DNA of 64,000 nt from Candidatus Scalinduaceae bacterium (lineage in GTDB: Bacteria; Planctomycetota; Brocadiia; Brocadiales; Scalinduaceae), in contig JBHICG010000009.1 in assembly GCA_046759445.1 (NCBI GenBank), forward strand, positions 1-64,000, written 5' to 3'. Shown piece by piece: positions 1-10,029 of the stretch. How positions within the stretch are numbered: the stretch's first letter is position 1; every line of letters begins with the position of its first letter. Below the pieces are notes generated by a model. It was not told where the DNA came from and ran no database searches. It saw only the letters and a list, made by a program, of their open reading frames with translations. The position numbers and the translations under genes are program-made.

Positions 1-1
1 T

Positions 2-169
2 GCCATTAAAAAGGAAGCGGAAATACTTTCAGATGAAATTGATGACCCAGAGTTTCTTAACTTTGCTATAGAGAACTTCAGCGAAATGATGGGGTATATT
101 GCTACTGGTAGAGTAAATATAAGGATTCACATGGCTATAGAAGGCAAGATGTGGTTTGGAGTGGGTTAG
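2..169 (+). CDS. C-terminal fragment of a hypothetical protein (5' end outside window)
   Basis: Open frame from base 2 (AIKKEAEILSDEIDDPEFLNFAIENF...KMWFGVG) ending at TAG 167-169; translated by hand. Confidence 0.6.
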   Translation, partial: AIKKEAEILSDEIDDPEFLNFAIENFSEMMGYIATGRVNIRIHMAIEGKMWFGVG

Positions 170-311
170 ATTGTATTTATGGAGAATAATAGGGCCAGCG
201 ACTATTTTTTGTAAGGGAACTTTTTTTCTCATCCAGTATTTATCAAATCAAGTTTGTGTTTGAAATATTTGTAATTTTCCGAATTGACAAAGATATTACG
301 CTACGTCTCAA

Positions 312-755
312 TTAACTCGATTCAAGATCCATAATCTTACCAATGCGGCGGGCATGCCTCCCCCCTTCAAAGGGTGTTTCTAGCCATAGCTTTATTTTTT
401 TCTCCAATAATTTATGGTCTACCACATCCGCACCCAGACACAGTACGTTAGAATCATTATGTCTTCTACTCATCTCTACAGTATAAAGGTCATGACACAC
501 CGTAGCCCGTACACCCTTTACCTTATTTGCAACAAGCGACATCCCTAGCCCTGTTCCACAAACCAAAATGGCTCTTTCGCTTTCACCTCTGGATACTGAC
601 CTGGCAGCCTGAAGTCCATAATCAGCGTAGTCTACTGAATCCGTACCATTTGAAGTGCCATAATCAACGATTTCATGACCAAGATTTGAAAGGAATGTCG
701 CAATCATATCCTTGAACTTAAATCCTCTATGATCTGCCGCCAATGCAATTTTCAT
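312..755 (-). CDS. rpiB: Ribose-5-phosphate isomerase B
   Basis: ADHRG, VDYADY, CGTGLG, RRHNDSNVL and FEGGRH motifs. Confidence 0.96.
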   Translation of the reverse strand: MKIALAADHRGFKFKDMIATFLSNLGHEIVDYGTSNGTDSVDYADYGLQAARSVSRGESERAILVCGTGLGMSLVANKVKGVRATVCHDLYTVEMSRRHNDSNVLCLGADVVDHKLLEKKIKLWLETPFEGGRHARRIGKIMDLESS

Positions 756-1359
756 TTAAGCACCCGTTAATCCTTTCTTCTTCAATTAAACCATGACGAA
801 TGATTTCAAAAGAATCATCCATAATCTTTACTACAGTAGAAGGAGTTCTTGATGGTGTTGGCCCATCATCTAAAACAACATCAATCTTGTCACCAAGGTT
901 ATCTATTACTTGTTGGGCATTTATGGCAGGAGGTCTTCCAGTAATATTTGCACTTGTCGAAGTTATTTCCACTTTAGCACACTTGATAAGGTCTTTTACA
1001 ACATGATTACTTGGATTTCTAATGCCTATGGTTTTATTACCAGGAAGAACAAAAACTATGGTTAAAGGACCCGGCCAGAATGAGCTTATTAATTTTCTGG
1101 CAGTTGGTGGTATGTCTTTTACATATTTTGTCACGTCATCCGGCTCAGCAATCATTATAGCTAATTTCTTGCTTATAGGTCTTTGTTTCATACTATATAA
1201 ACGTTTTATTGCAGCACTGTTGTTAACTTCCACGCCGAAACCATATACTGTTTCGGTCGGAAACGCTATAATATTACCAGAGATCAATGCCTGTGCGGCT
1301 TCCCTTATGTTTTCCCTATATAAAACTGCATTTCTTAAATCTAAAAGTTTGGTGACCAT
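727..1359 (-). CDS. tsaC: L-threonylcarbamoyladenylate synthase (YrdC/Sua5 family)
   Basis: FPTETVYG, KQRP, FWPGPLT, STSANITG and PSTVV motifs; overlaps rpiB start. Confidence 0.93.
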   Translation of the reverse strand: MVTKLLDLRNAVLYRENIREAAQALISGNIIAFPTETVYGFGVEVNNSAAIKRLYSMKQRPISKKLAIMIAEPDDVTKYVKDIPPTARKLISSFWPGPLTIVFVLPGNKTIGIRNPSNHVVKDLIKCAKVEITSTSANITGRPPAINAQQVIDNLGDKIDVVLDDGPTPSRTPSTVVKIMDDSFEIIRHGLIEEERINGCLNENCIGGRS

Positions 1360-1605
1360 ATTCTTTTATTAAGAGCACTATATATTGTCATTATAGCAAA
1401 TTATCAACAGACTGATGAATAAGGCTTAAGGCTTTTTGAACGGTTTTTAATTTCGTATTATATATTTTTTCTAAAAATAGTTTGGAAAATATTTTTTATT
1501 AAGTAATATATCACTTTAAAGACATAATATCAATATTTTATGTATAGGACATATGTTTAAGTCCAAATTAATATTTATCAAATTACACATAAAAGGATAT
1601 ATATA

Positions 1606-3450
1606 ATGGAAATTATAAAAAAAATAGCACTTCTTTTTATTTTTAAATTGTTGGTAAGTTTTTGTGTGGTAGCAATACCTACGCAAAATAACGTCTTGGC
1701 AATTGAGTTAATGAATGTTGATGAAATTACACCTGGTATGAAGGGTTATGGAAAAACAGTATTTTCAGGACAAAGGATTGAAGTCTTTAATATAGAAGTC
1801 TTGGGAGTACTAAAAAATTGGGAAGCAAGAAGCGACATGATACTCATAAAAATGACAGGAGGTCCTTTAAACAAGACCGGTATTGTAGCAGGAATGAGCG
1901 GCAGTCCCGTATATATAGATAATAAGCTGGTTGGTGCTGTATCACATGGTTGGAGCTTTTCTAAAGAGGCCATTGCAGGAGTGACTCCTATAGGAGTCAT
2001 GCTGGATGTACTTAAAATAGAACCACAAACCGAAAAATCAGCTTTTACCAAAGAAGACAGTGCATGGAGCACACCATTAAATACACAAGACGTGGAGGTT
2101 GTTAACAAATTATTATCTCATGGAATTTCATTTGAAGATAAATTATCCGCAAACTCCAATTTTCAACAACCTTTTACAATCGATCTTGTGCCTATTCAAA
2201 CACCATTAATAACATCGGGTTTTGATAATAGAAGCCTTAAAAGGATGAACTCGTTATTCAACAAACGTGGTTGGTTACCATTTCAGAGTAATAAAGGTAG
2301 CACAAATTCTCCCAACTATTCGCATAATCTGGTACCAGGCGCAGCTATTGCAGTCGAAATGGTTAGAGGCGATTTAAGTGTTTGTGCAATTGGTACCATA
2401 ACTTATAAAGAAGGTAATGACATTCTCGCTTTCGGCCACCCTTTAATTCAGTCAGGTACTACGGATCTGCCAATGTCAACAGCACACATTTACACTATAT
2501 TGGCAAGTCAGTCCGGTTCAGTTAAAATGGCAGTACCCGGAGAAGTAATAGGCAGAATTACACAGGATAGAAGATCGTCCATTTCCGGAAGACTGGGAGA
2601 ATATGCACAAATGATTCCATGCCAGGTAGAGATTAAGGGCTCTTTAAACACTAAATATAATTTCGAAATAGTTCACGATAATCTTTTAACGCCGAATCTT
2701 ATACAAATGACGGTTGAAAGTTCATTACTTGCCACTGAAAAGTCTATAGGTGAAAAATTCGTAAATCTTAGACTCGATATTGAAATAGATGGCAGACATA
2801 AACCAATTACTATGGAAAACATCTATTATGATCCAGGGCCATCATGGTTTTCTATATATAAAATTGTTCATCCTATAGCAACATTACTTAATAATAAATT
2901 TATGGATGTTAAAATAAAATCCATAAAGCTAGTCGCCAACATTACGGAAACTAAGAACATCGCTTCCATCGAAAGCATCTGGGTTAGCAAAAAATGGGTT
3001 ACCCCGGGAGACGAAATATACTTAAAAGTTAAATTGAAGCCTTTTGCTCAAGAATGTGTTTCTATACCTTTAGAGATAAAAATCCCGGATGATGTAACCC
3101 GTGGAAGCACAATAAGGATAACTGTCTGTGATGCTAATCATAGTGAGATGTTGAAAAGAACAAGCGCTCCAGGCCGTTTAATGCCAACAAGCTTCGAGCA
3201 ATTAGTTAGCAATTTAGAAGATGTGGAAAATAACAAGAATTTGATTACTAGAATACAGTTGAGTAGAAGAGGTCTAACATATATGGGTGAAAGCTTCCCA
3301 TCACTACCGAATTCCTATCTAAGCATAATGTCTTTATCAAATCGAAGTGGCATCGGACGTTTACGGGGTGAAATGATTAAACGTATCCCGACAAACTGGC
3401 TTATTACAGGCAAACAATCTGTTAATTTATTTGTAGAGAATAATAATTGA
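1606..3450 (+). CDS. Secreted SpoIVB-like serine peptidase (S55 domain)
   Basis: Signal peptide; GIVAGMSGSPVY serine motif; AFGHP. Confidence 0.85.
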   Translation: MEIIKKIALLFIFKLLVSFCVVAIPTQNNVLAIELMNVDEITPGMKGYGKTVFSGQRIEVFNIEVLGVLKNWEARSDMILIKMTGGPLNKTGIVAGMSGSPVYIDNKLVGAVSHGWSFSKEAIAGVTPIGVMLDVLKIEPQTEKSAFTKEDSAWSTPLNTQDVEVVNKLLSHGISFEDKLSANSNFQQPFTIDLVPIQTPLITSGFDNRSLKRMNSLFNKRGWLPFQSNKGSTNSPNYSHNLVPGAAIAVEMVRGDLSVCAIGTITYKEGNDILAFGHPLIQSGTTDLPMSTAHIYTILASQSGSVKMAVPGEVIGRITQDRRSSISGRLGEYAQMIPCQVEIKGSLNTKYNFEIVHDNLLTPNLIQMTVESSLLATEKSIGEKFVNLRLDIEIDGRHKPITMENIYYDPGPSWFSIYKIVHPIATLLNNKFMDVKIKSIKLVANITETKNIASIESIWVSKKWVTPGDEIYLKVKLKPFAQECVSIPLEIKIPDDVTRGSTIRITVCDANHSEMLKRTSAPGRLMPTSFEQLVSNLEDVENNKNLITRIQLSRRGLTYMGESFPSLPNSYLSIMSLSNRSGIGRLRGEMIKRIPTNWLITGKQSVNLFVENNN

Positions 3451-3469
3451 TACAAGAGAATTAATAATA

Positions 3470-5737
3470 ATGAAAACGCTTTTTTTTGTGTTTATGATTA
3501 ACTTTTTTATCATTTCTTTTTTAACCACAAATACACGATTTCTGTTTGCAGTCACAACACAAATGTGGATAGAAAATAACACAAACGACTTTGCAAAGGG
3601 AAAATTAGAAAATGTGTCCGTACATAGTAGTGGGGAACTCACCTTATCGCCTCATAAGAGTAAGATAAAGGAGATACCGGCTGCATATGTTTGGTGTCTG
3701 GCAACAGATGAAACAGACTCAATTTTTGCGGGCACTGGCGATCCTGGTTCAATATTTAAAATTACTCAGAATGACGTAATCGAGTTTTACAAAACATCAG
3801 AGTTACACGTCCACACTATTGCTATAGATGCTTCAGGAAATATATATGCAGGTACATTACCCCATGGCAGGATTTATAAAATAACATCTGATGGTAAAGG
3901 AAAAATATTTTGCGAACTTCCTGATCCTTACGTTTGGGATATGGTTTTCGATGGGAACGGGGATTTATATGTTGCTTCAGGTAATAATGGCATAATTTAT
4001 AAAATCTCAGAAGAAGGAGTTCCTTCAGTTTTCTTTGATTCTCAGTACTCAAATATCCTTGATCTCGTTGTAGACAAGGATAACAATATTTATGCAGCTT
4101 GTGAACCAGAGGGTCTTATTTACAGGATAACCACAAATGGTAAGGCCTCTGTCCTTTATGATGCAGAGGAAGATGAAGTTCATTGTTTGGCTATAGACAA
4201 AAATGGTATATTATACGCAGGAACGTCATCTGGCATACCTCCAGTACTGCCTACCCCCAGGATCCCCACGAAACCAGAGATACAACCTCCACCTCCTATC
4301 GAAGAGTTTCCTTACGAAACAAACAATGTTATGCCATACGATGTTATTTCAAACACAAACACAAATAATTCAAAACGTCCTTCTGCTGAAGAAGATCATA
4401 CTGAAGATAAGATTGAGGAAAGACCTATTACGGCAAAAATAAATTCAATTTATAGAATAGATAAAGAAGGAAAAGTAAAAGAAATATTTACGGCAGAAAG
4501 GGTCTTTATCCTTTGCCTGGCTGTAGATAGTAACAATGATATTCTTGTGGGTACCGGAAACAAAGCAAAGCTTTTTAAGATTGATAGTAATGATGAAGAG
4601 ATTGCCTTGCTTTACGATTTCTATGAGTCACAAATCCTGGATGTTCTTCCACATAAAAACGGACGTAAATACATAGCGACTGGAAATAACGCAAGCGTTC
4701 ATCTGTTGTCCAATAAATATTCTAATAAAGGGAGCTATGAGTCTGTTATTCATGATGCCTTATTTAATTCTCTGTGGGGATGTATATCATGGAAGGGCAA
4801 TATCCCTTCGCATACCAACATAACTTTGTCAACAAGATCTGGAAATAGTAAGAAACCTGATATTACGTGGAGTGATTGGTCTAAAGAAGGCCGATCTAAT
4901 GGTGAAAAAATAAAAAGTCCTCCAGCCCGTTTTATACAATATAGAGTTAACCTTACTACTGATAATACTTCAACCACACCAGTTCTTGATAATATTAGTA
5001 TTGCATATTTACCACAAAATCAAACACCCATAATTAGAAGCATTAAGATTAATTCCTCAGGAAATTCTAACAAGAAAAAAAATAAAACCAGTAATAATAA
5101 AACGTCAACAACACCCCCTTATCCACCAGAACGACATAATCGTGCAGGTTCAGAAAAAGACAAAACTAACTATGGGCTAGAAATACACGAACCTAAAAAA
5201 ATAATTAAGTGGGAAGCTGATGACCCTAATTACGACAGATTGAGATTTGATCTGGAATATAAAAGTGTAGACGAAAGCAAATGGAAAGAACTTAAAAGAA
5301 ATATTAATGGAGAAAGAAAATACTACTGGAATACAAATAGAATACCTGATGGATATTATCAGGTTAAAGTCATAGCAAGAGATGACCCCGACAATCCGAT
5401 AGAACTATCACTTAAAGAAGAAAAAGTTAGTAATACGTTTATTGTAGATAATACAAGACCTACACTATCAGATCTTAAAAAGATTAAAAAGTCAAATAAT
5501 ACCTTAATTATATCTGGTGTTGCAAGAGATGAGATAAGTCACATAACTGAAATTCAATATTCCCTGGATTCAGAGGAATGGAGTACTGTGTTCCCTGTAG
5601 ACTTAATCTTCGATGCTAAGGAAGAATCTTTTATACTCAAAATCCCCTACTTTTCGTCAGAAGAATATACCGTAGTAATTAATGCAATAGACGCTGAAGG
5701 TAATATAGGCAGTAATAGAATAGTATTCAACCCGTAA
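3470..5737 (+). CDS. Secreted beta-propeller protein with C-terminal Fn3/Ig-like domains
   Basis: Repeated D-x-x-G-N-I-Y-A-G-T...G-x-I-Y-K-I blades, Pro-rich linker, DGYYQVKV and VDNTRP Ig-like motifs; 19 bp after the peptidase gene. Confidence 0.75.
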   Translation: MKTLFFVFMINFFIISFLTTNTRFLFAVTTQMWIENNTNDFAKGKLENVSVHSSGELTLSPHKSKIKEIPAAYVWCLATDETDSIFAGTGDPGSIFKITQNDVIEFYKTSELHVHTIAIDASGNIYAGTLPHGRIYKITSDGKGKIFCELPDPYVWDMVFDGNGDLYVASGNNGIIYKISEEGVPSVFFDSQYSNILDLVVDKDNNIYAACEPEGLIYRITTNGKASVLYDAEEDEVHCLAIDKNGILYAGTSSGIPPVLPTPRIPTKPEIQPPPPIEEFPYETNNVMPYDVISNTNTNNSKRPSAEEDHTEDKIEERPITAKINSIYRIDKEGKVKEIFTAERVFILCLAVDSNNDILVGTGNKAKLFKIDSNDEEIALLYDFYESQILDVLPHKNGRKYIATGNNASVHLLSNKYSNKGSYESVIHDALFNSLWGCISWKGNIPSHTNITLSTRSGNSKKPDITWSDWSKEGRSNGEKIKSPPARFIQYRVNLTTDNTSTTPVLDNISIAYLPQNQTPIIRSIKINSSGNSNKKKNKTSNNKTSTTPPYPPERHNRAGSEKDKTNYGLEIHEPKKIIKWEADDPNYDRLRFDLEYKSVDESKWKELKRNINGERKYYWNTNRIPDGYYQVKVIARDDPDNPIELSLKEEKVSNTFIVDNTRPTLSDLKKIKKSNNTLIISGVARDEISHITEIQYSLDSEEWSTVFPVDLIFDAKEESFILKIPYFSSEEYTVVINAIDAEGNIGSNRIVFNP

Positions 5738-5796
5738 CGAATGGGCACACTTCTATACACAAATTCATGAGACTCTGGCATCTAGCGTTTTTCGCC

Positions 5797-5818
5797 CATG
5801 CCACCTCGAGGTGGCATG
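5797..5818. terminator. Perfect 22-bp palindrome between convergent genes; likely bidirectional terminator or REP hairpin
   Basis: CATGCCACCTCGAGGTGGCATG is self-complementary. Confidence 0.5.
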
Positions 5819-5826
5819 CTTAATTC

Positions 5827-6126
5827 CTATTTTGCTTTTTGGGGTTCTTCACTCTTTATTTCTTCCACATTGCTCTTAGCAGATTTACTCTTCTTTTCTG
5901 CCTCTTTTTTTGCTTTTTCCTGCAACATCTTCATCCTTTTCGTATCTTCAAGTCTTAACTCTTCTTCAAGCTCCTTAGTAAACCTTTCTGGAGTGGTCAC
6001 ACTATCTTCCATAACAGGCGTCAATTCAAATTTTGTCGTATATCTTTCTGTTTTACATCCTAAAAGAATAAGTGTTGTAAACAAAGCAAATACACTCAAG
6101 CAGATGAAATATTTAAAAGATATCAC
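5827..6126 (-). CDS. Hypothetical lipoprotein
   Basis: Hydrophobic N-terminus ending LLGC (lipobox-like), charged tail, GGAG RBS. Confidence 0.65.
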   Translation of the reverse strand: MISFKYFICLSVFALFTTLILLGCKTERYTTKFELTPVMEDSVTTPERFTKELEEELRLEDTKRMKMLQEKAKKEAEKKSKSAKSNVEEIKSEEPQKAK

Positions 6127-6167
6127 AAATATTCTCCTTACAAAGTTTCATTAAGGGGTTGTATATT

Positions 6168-7223
6168 TCATGTGTTATTTTCAATTATACTCTTAACCTT
6201 TTCAGTATTTGGATTATTAATTACTCCCCTTTCAGTAATAATAGCTTTTATATTTCCTGCCGGTGTAACATCAAAGGCAGGATTAAATACCTTAATATCA
6301 TCCGGTGCAAACTTATTACCTAAAATATGCGTGACTTCTTCGGAATTCCTTTCTTCAATAGGGATTTCATCACCAGAAGATATACTTAAATCAAAAGTTG
6401 AAGACGGTGCTGCAACATAAAAAGGGATATTGTGTTCCTTTGCAATTATGGAAAGATTATATGTACCTATTTTGTTTGCAGTATCCCCATTGCCGGCAAT
6501 TCTATCAGCACCAACAATTACACAATCAATCTTTTTTTGTTTCATTATATGAGCGGCCATATTATCACATATCAATGTTACATCAATGTCGGCATTCTTG
6601 AGTTCCCAGGCTGTAAGCCTTGCACCCTGGAGTAACGGCCGTGTTTCATCCGCATACACGCTAATATTTTTGCCCTTCTCCACTGCTGCGAAGATTACGG
6701 CTAATGCAGTACCAAAATAGGCGGTTGCTAATCCCCCTGCATTACAATGGGTTAGCACACAATCATTGTCCTTCAAGAGCAATTCCCCATTTTCGCCTAT
6801 CTTCCTGCATATTTCTTTGTCTTCTTCAAGGATAGTTTTTGATTCATCAAGAAGTAAGTTTTTTATATCTGGTATGGGTCTGTCACTATTCTTTGTAACG
6901 ACATCTTTCATGCGCTTAAGACTCCAGAATATATTTACGGCCGTTGGCCTGGAAGAACCCAGATGTGAAGTTATTTTTTCCAGTTCTTTTTGAAAATCCT
7001 CATAATTTCCTGAATTTTTATCCCTGATACCCAGGACAGTTCCCATTGCAGCAGCGATGCCAATTGCCGGTGCCCCCCTAACCATTAATGTCTTTATTGC
7101 TTTATAAATGTCTTCTACATTATCACAGTAAACATACTTCAATTCATTAGGTAATAGAGTCTGATCAACAATCTTCACCCTTCCATCAATCTCACCAATC
7201 CATTCTATAGTTGGTACAGGCAC
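6168..7223 (-). CDS. mtnA: S-methyl-5-thioribose-1-phosphate isomerase
   Basis: VRGAPAIG, SRPTAVN, THCNAGGLAT, DETRPLLQGARLT and ANKIGTY motifs. Confidence 0.96.
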   Translation of the reverse strand: MPVPTIEWIGEIDGRVKIVDQTLLPNELKYVYCDNVEDIYKAIKTLMVRGAPAIGIAAAMGTVLGIRDKNSGNYEDFQKELEKITSHLGSSRPTAVNIFWSLKRMKDVVTKNSDRPIPDIKNLLLDESKTILEEDKEICRKIGENGELLLKDNDCVLTHCNAGGLATAYFGTALAVIFAAVEKGKNISVYADETRPLLQGARLTAWELKNADIDVTLICDNMAAHIMKQKKIDCVIVGADRIAGNGDTANKIGTYNLSIIAKEHNIPFYVAAPSSTFDLSISSGDEIPIEERNSEEVTHILGNKFAPDDIKVFNPAFDVTPAGNIKAIITERGVINNPNTEKVKSIIENNT

Positions 7224-7267
7224 AAAAAACTCCTTTAATATAATTGGAAACCGAGAGAAGCACGATT

Positions 7268-7342
7268 CCCCTTACTCCCCCACTTCTTGCTTTCGCATCG
7301 TGCCGATACGGTGCAAGAAAGCAGTGGGGGGAGGAACAGGGG
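7268..7342. repeat. Nested REP-like hairpin
   Basis: Outer CCCCTT..CTCCCC/GGGGAG..AGGGG, middle CCCCACTTCTTGCTTTC/AAGAAAGCAGTGGGG, inner GCATCGT..ACGGTGC. Confidence 0.7.
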
Positions 7343-7349
7343 TATTTAA

Positions 7350-7862
7350 CTATCCCATTCTTTTCAATTTTCTTTTTACGTTTTTATCCTTCTGTATTAC
7401 TTTTTCTGCTAACTTTTTCTTATAACTGATAACTTTCTTTTTAAGGTTTTTGTCTGAAGTGCTTAAAATTTCTATTGCCAGGATTGCCGCATTCTTTGCC
7501 CCTGCCTTTCCTATTCCTACAGCCGCAACTGGAACACCACCCGGCATTTGAATTGTTGAATAAAGGGAATCTACCCCTCCCAGATCATGTGTCAACATTG
7601 GAACTCCAATAACTGGTAAAGTTGTTAACGCTGCTATTATTCCGGCCAAGTGTGCGGCCCCCCCAGCGCCAGCAATAATAACTTTATAGCCCTTCTTCTC
7701 CACATCATTTGCATATTTAAAAGCGCGGTGGGGTGATCTGTGGCAGGAAATCACATCAACATCAAACTTAACCCCAAATTCAACTAATACATCAAGTGTT
7801 TCTTGCATAGTACTCAAATCAGAATCACTACCCATTACAATTCCAATTTTTTTATCAGCCAT
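7350..7862 (-). CDS. purE: N5-carboxyaminoimidazole ribonucleotide mutase
   Basis: MGSDSD, SCHR, AGAGGAAHL, PVIGVP and QMPGGVPV motifs; start taken at ATG 7862 after GGAGGT. Confidence 0.96.
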   Translation of the reverse strand: MADKKIGIVMGSDSDLSTMQETLDVLVEFGVKFDVDVISCHRSPHRAFKYANDVEKKGYKVIIAGAGGAAHLAGIIAALTTLPVIGVPMLTHDLGGVDSLYSTIQMPGGVPVAAVGIGKAGAKNAAILAIEILSTSDKNLKKKVISYKKKLAEKVIQKDKNVKRKLKRMG

Positions 7863-7907
7863 TTTACCTCCCATAATTGCTATATTAGATATTAAAAAAG
7901 ACTTGTA

Positions 7908-8690
7908 TTAAGCTAACATTTCATCATAAAGAGAAGGTATATATTGTAACATGAATGATGACAACCTCTTAACTGCAGTTTTAGTCTGTTTATTTAGGCG
8001 TCTCAGATTAGCTAATTGTTGTGGCTCTTTCATTACTTTCAAGGCTAAATTAGAAAACCTGACTTTTCCTTTATCAGATATAAGGTTACTATAATCAATG
8101 TCCAAATCATCCTCTATATCATCTGAAATTGAACGTATAGCCACAAACTCAATACCCCTTTCATGAGCAACCTCAGCCACCGCAGCGCTTTCCATGTCCA
8201 CAGCCAAAAAAGATGTTTGATCTCCAATTTTTTTTTTAGTGGTTGCCTGGTCTATGACATTATCTACAGTTAATGTATTGCCATTATGAGACCTCAACCC
8301 CAGGTCACTACAAAGTCGTGCCGCCAATTGAACAAAATCTTTATTACAGGAAAAATTGGTTTCTACTTGCAATTCTTCACTCTTAAATTCACTATTTTTA
8401 CTATAGCTAACATTTTCTGCTATAATCAAATCACCTATATTAATCCCGTGCCTTATCCCTCCTGCTACCCCAGAAGAAATCAACAATTTGACCTTTAAAT
8501 TCTGTAATAAAAGATCAATTGCCTTAATAGCTTTTTTTCTACCAATTCCACTTTGAACAAGTGTAACAGGCAGGCCATTCAGGTCTGCCTGATAGAACAG
8601 CACATCTTTTAGTTTATACCTTTTCGAAACGTTCAAATGAACCTTAATAGGATAAATCTCTTGTCTTAAAGCACTTATTATTGCTATCAT
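7908..8690 (-). CDS. Nucleoside phosphorylase/nucleosidase, probably hopanoid-associated HpnG-like
   Basis: SGIG, GVAGG, VDMESAAVA and RSISD motifs; divergent from hpnH. Confidence 0.75.
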   Translation of the reverse strand: MIAIISALRQEIYPIKVHLNVSKRYKLKDVLFYQADLNGLPVTLVQSGIGRKKAIKAIDLLLQNLKVKLLISSGVAGGIRHGINIGDLIIAENVSYSKNSEFKSEELQVETNFSCNKDFVQLAARLCSDLGLRSHNGNTLTVDNVIDQATTKKKIGDQTSFLAVDMESAAVAEVAHERGIEFVAIRSISDDIEDDLDIDYSNLISDKGKVRFSNLALKVMKEPQQLANLRRLNKQTKTAVKRLSSFMLQYIPSLYDEMLA

Positions 8691-8832
8691 CTTTCCTCTT
8701 GACAGTTATTATATTATAAATATATATTACACATAAATTCTTCGAAAATACAGCTTGAATACAGCTTGGGGAATTTAGCATAACTATATATTTATGTCAA
8801 ATCATTTCATAATAACCCATGGTTTCTAAAAA

Positions 8833-9831
8833 ATGAGAGTTTCTTTAAGGTTAACGTCTTCCCTTGTCAGATACATAATAAAAAACAAGTTTTTTTCTGT
8901 TAAACGATTTCCACTTGTACTAATGCTTGAAATTACACACAACTGTAATCTTGCATGTGAAGGTTGTGGTAGGATAAGGGAATATAAGGATACAATGAAT
9001 AAAATGATGAGTGTTGAAGAATGTTTGTCCATAGCTGATGAATGTAAATCGCCAGTGGTTACGGTTACTGGTGGAGAACCTCTTTTACATCCAGATATAG
9101 ATAAGATCATAGATGGATTAATAACCAAGAAACGACACATTTACCTTTGTACAAATGGAATCACACTGGCGGATTCACTTAAAATATTTAAGCCCAGTCC
9201 ATATTTAAACATAAACGTGCACCTTGATGGGTTATCAGAGACTCATGATAAAATTGTTGGCCTAAAGGGAGTATTCACAAAGGCAATAAATGCCATAAAA
9301 GAGGCAAAAAAAATGGGGTTCAGGGTTTGCACCAATACAACAATCTACAAGGATACAGATCCAAAAGAAATAGAAGAATTGTTTGTACTACTGACTGAAA
9401 TGCGCATTGACGGTATGTTAGTCTCACCGGGATTTAGTTTTGTAGACAACACAAATGATGTTTTTCTTAATAAGGAGGAAGTTTATCAAAAATTCAGTTT
9501 TATTTATGACCTGTCAAAAAAATACAAGATTTTGAATTCATCCCTTTACCTGAAATTTCTAAGTGGCAAAAGAGATCTAACGTGCACACCCTGGGGTAAT
9601 CCAACAAGGAATTATCATGGATGGAAAAGCCCCTGTTATTTAATCACAGATGCGCATTTTAAAACCTTTGAGGAATTTATGAATACTACTGACTGGGATA
9701 GATATGGGAACGGAAAAGACCCGCGCTGTCGTAATTGTATGATACATTGCGGATTCGAACCTACAGTCGTTCTGGAAACAGGAAAAAGCTTTAAGGATGT
9801 ATATGAAATGGCAAAATGGAGTTTGAGCTGA
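8833..9831 (+). CDS. hpnH: Radical SAM adenosyl-hopene transferase
   Basis: FPLVLMLE, CNLACEGC, CTPWGNPT, PCYL and DPRCRNCMIHCGFEPT motifs. Confidence 0.92.
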   Translation: MRVSLRLTSSLVRYIIKNKFFSVKRFPLVLMLEITHNCNLACEGCGRIREYKDTMNKMMSVEECLSIADECKSPVVTVTGGEPLLHPDIDKIIDGLITKKRHIYLCTNGITLADSLKIFKPSPYLNINVHLDGLSETHDKIVGLKGVFTKAINAIKEAKKMGFRVCTNTTIYKDTDPKEIEELFVLLTEMRIDGMLVSPGFSFVDNTNDVFLNKEEVYQKFSFIYDLSKKYKILNSSLYLKFLSGKRDLTCTPWGNPTRNYHGWKSPCYLITDAHFKTFEEFMNTTDWDRYGNGKDPRCRNCMIHCGFEPTVVLETGKSFKDVYEMAKWSLS

Positions 9832-10029
9832 TGTCTCAGTTTTTATCCATTTGAGTAATCTGCAAATACTGTAGAAATTGAAGAGAACACATAAATAATT
9901 TTACCATACATTGGAATCAATCTATAAGCCAATCCATAAGCAAAAAAAAACCTGATTGTACTCATGGACAGAACCAAGGCTTTATTTTAATCACTCCTAC
10001 AATCTACAATCTAAAATCATCAATCGAAA

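Noticed and set aside
29..232. 67-aa minus-strand ORF
   Set aside because: The plus-strand frame 2-169 looks more protein-like; this is probably its shadow
7244..7429. 61-aa ORF
   Set aside because: Translation of a nested REP hairpin and antisense purE
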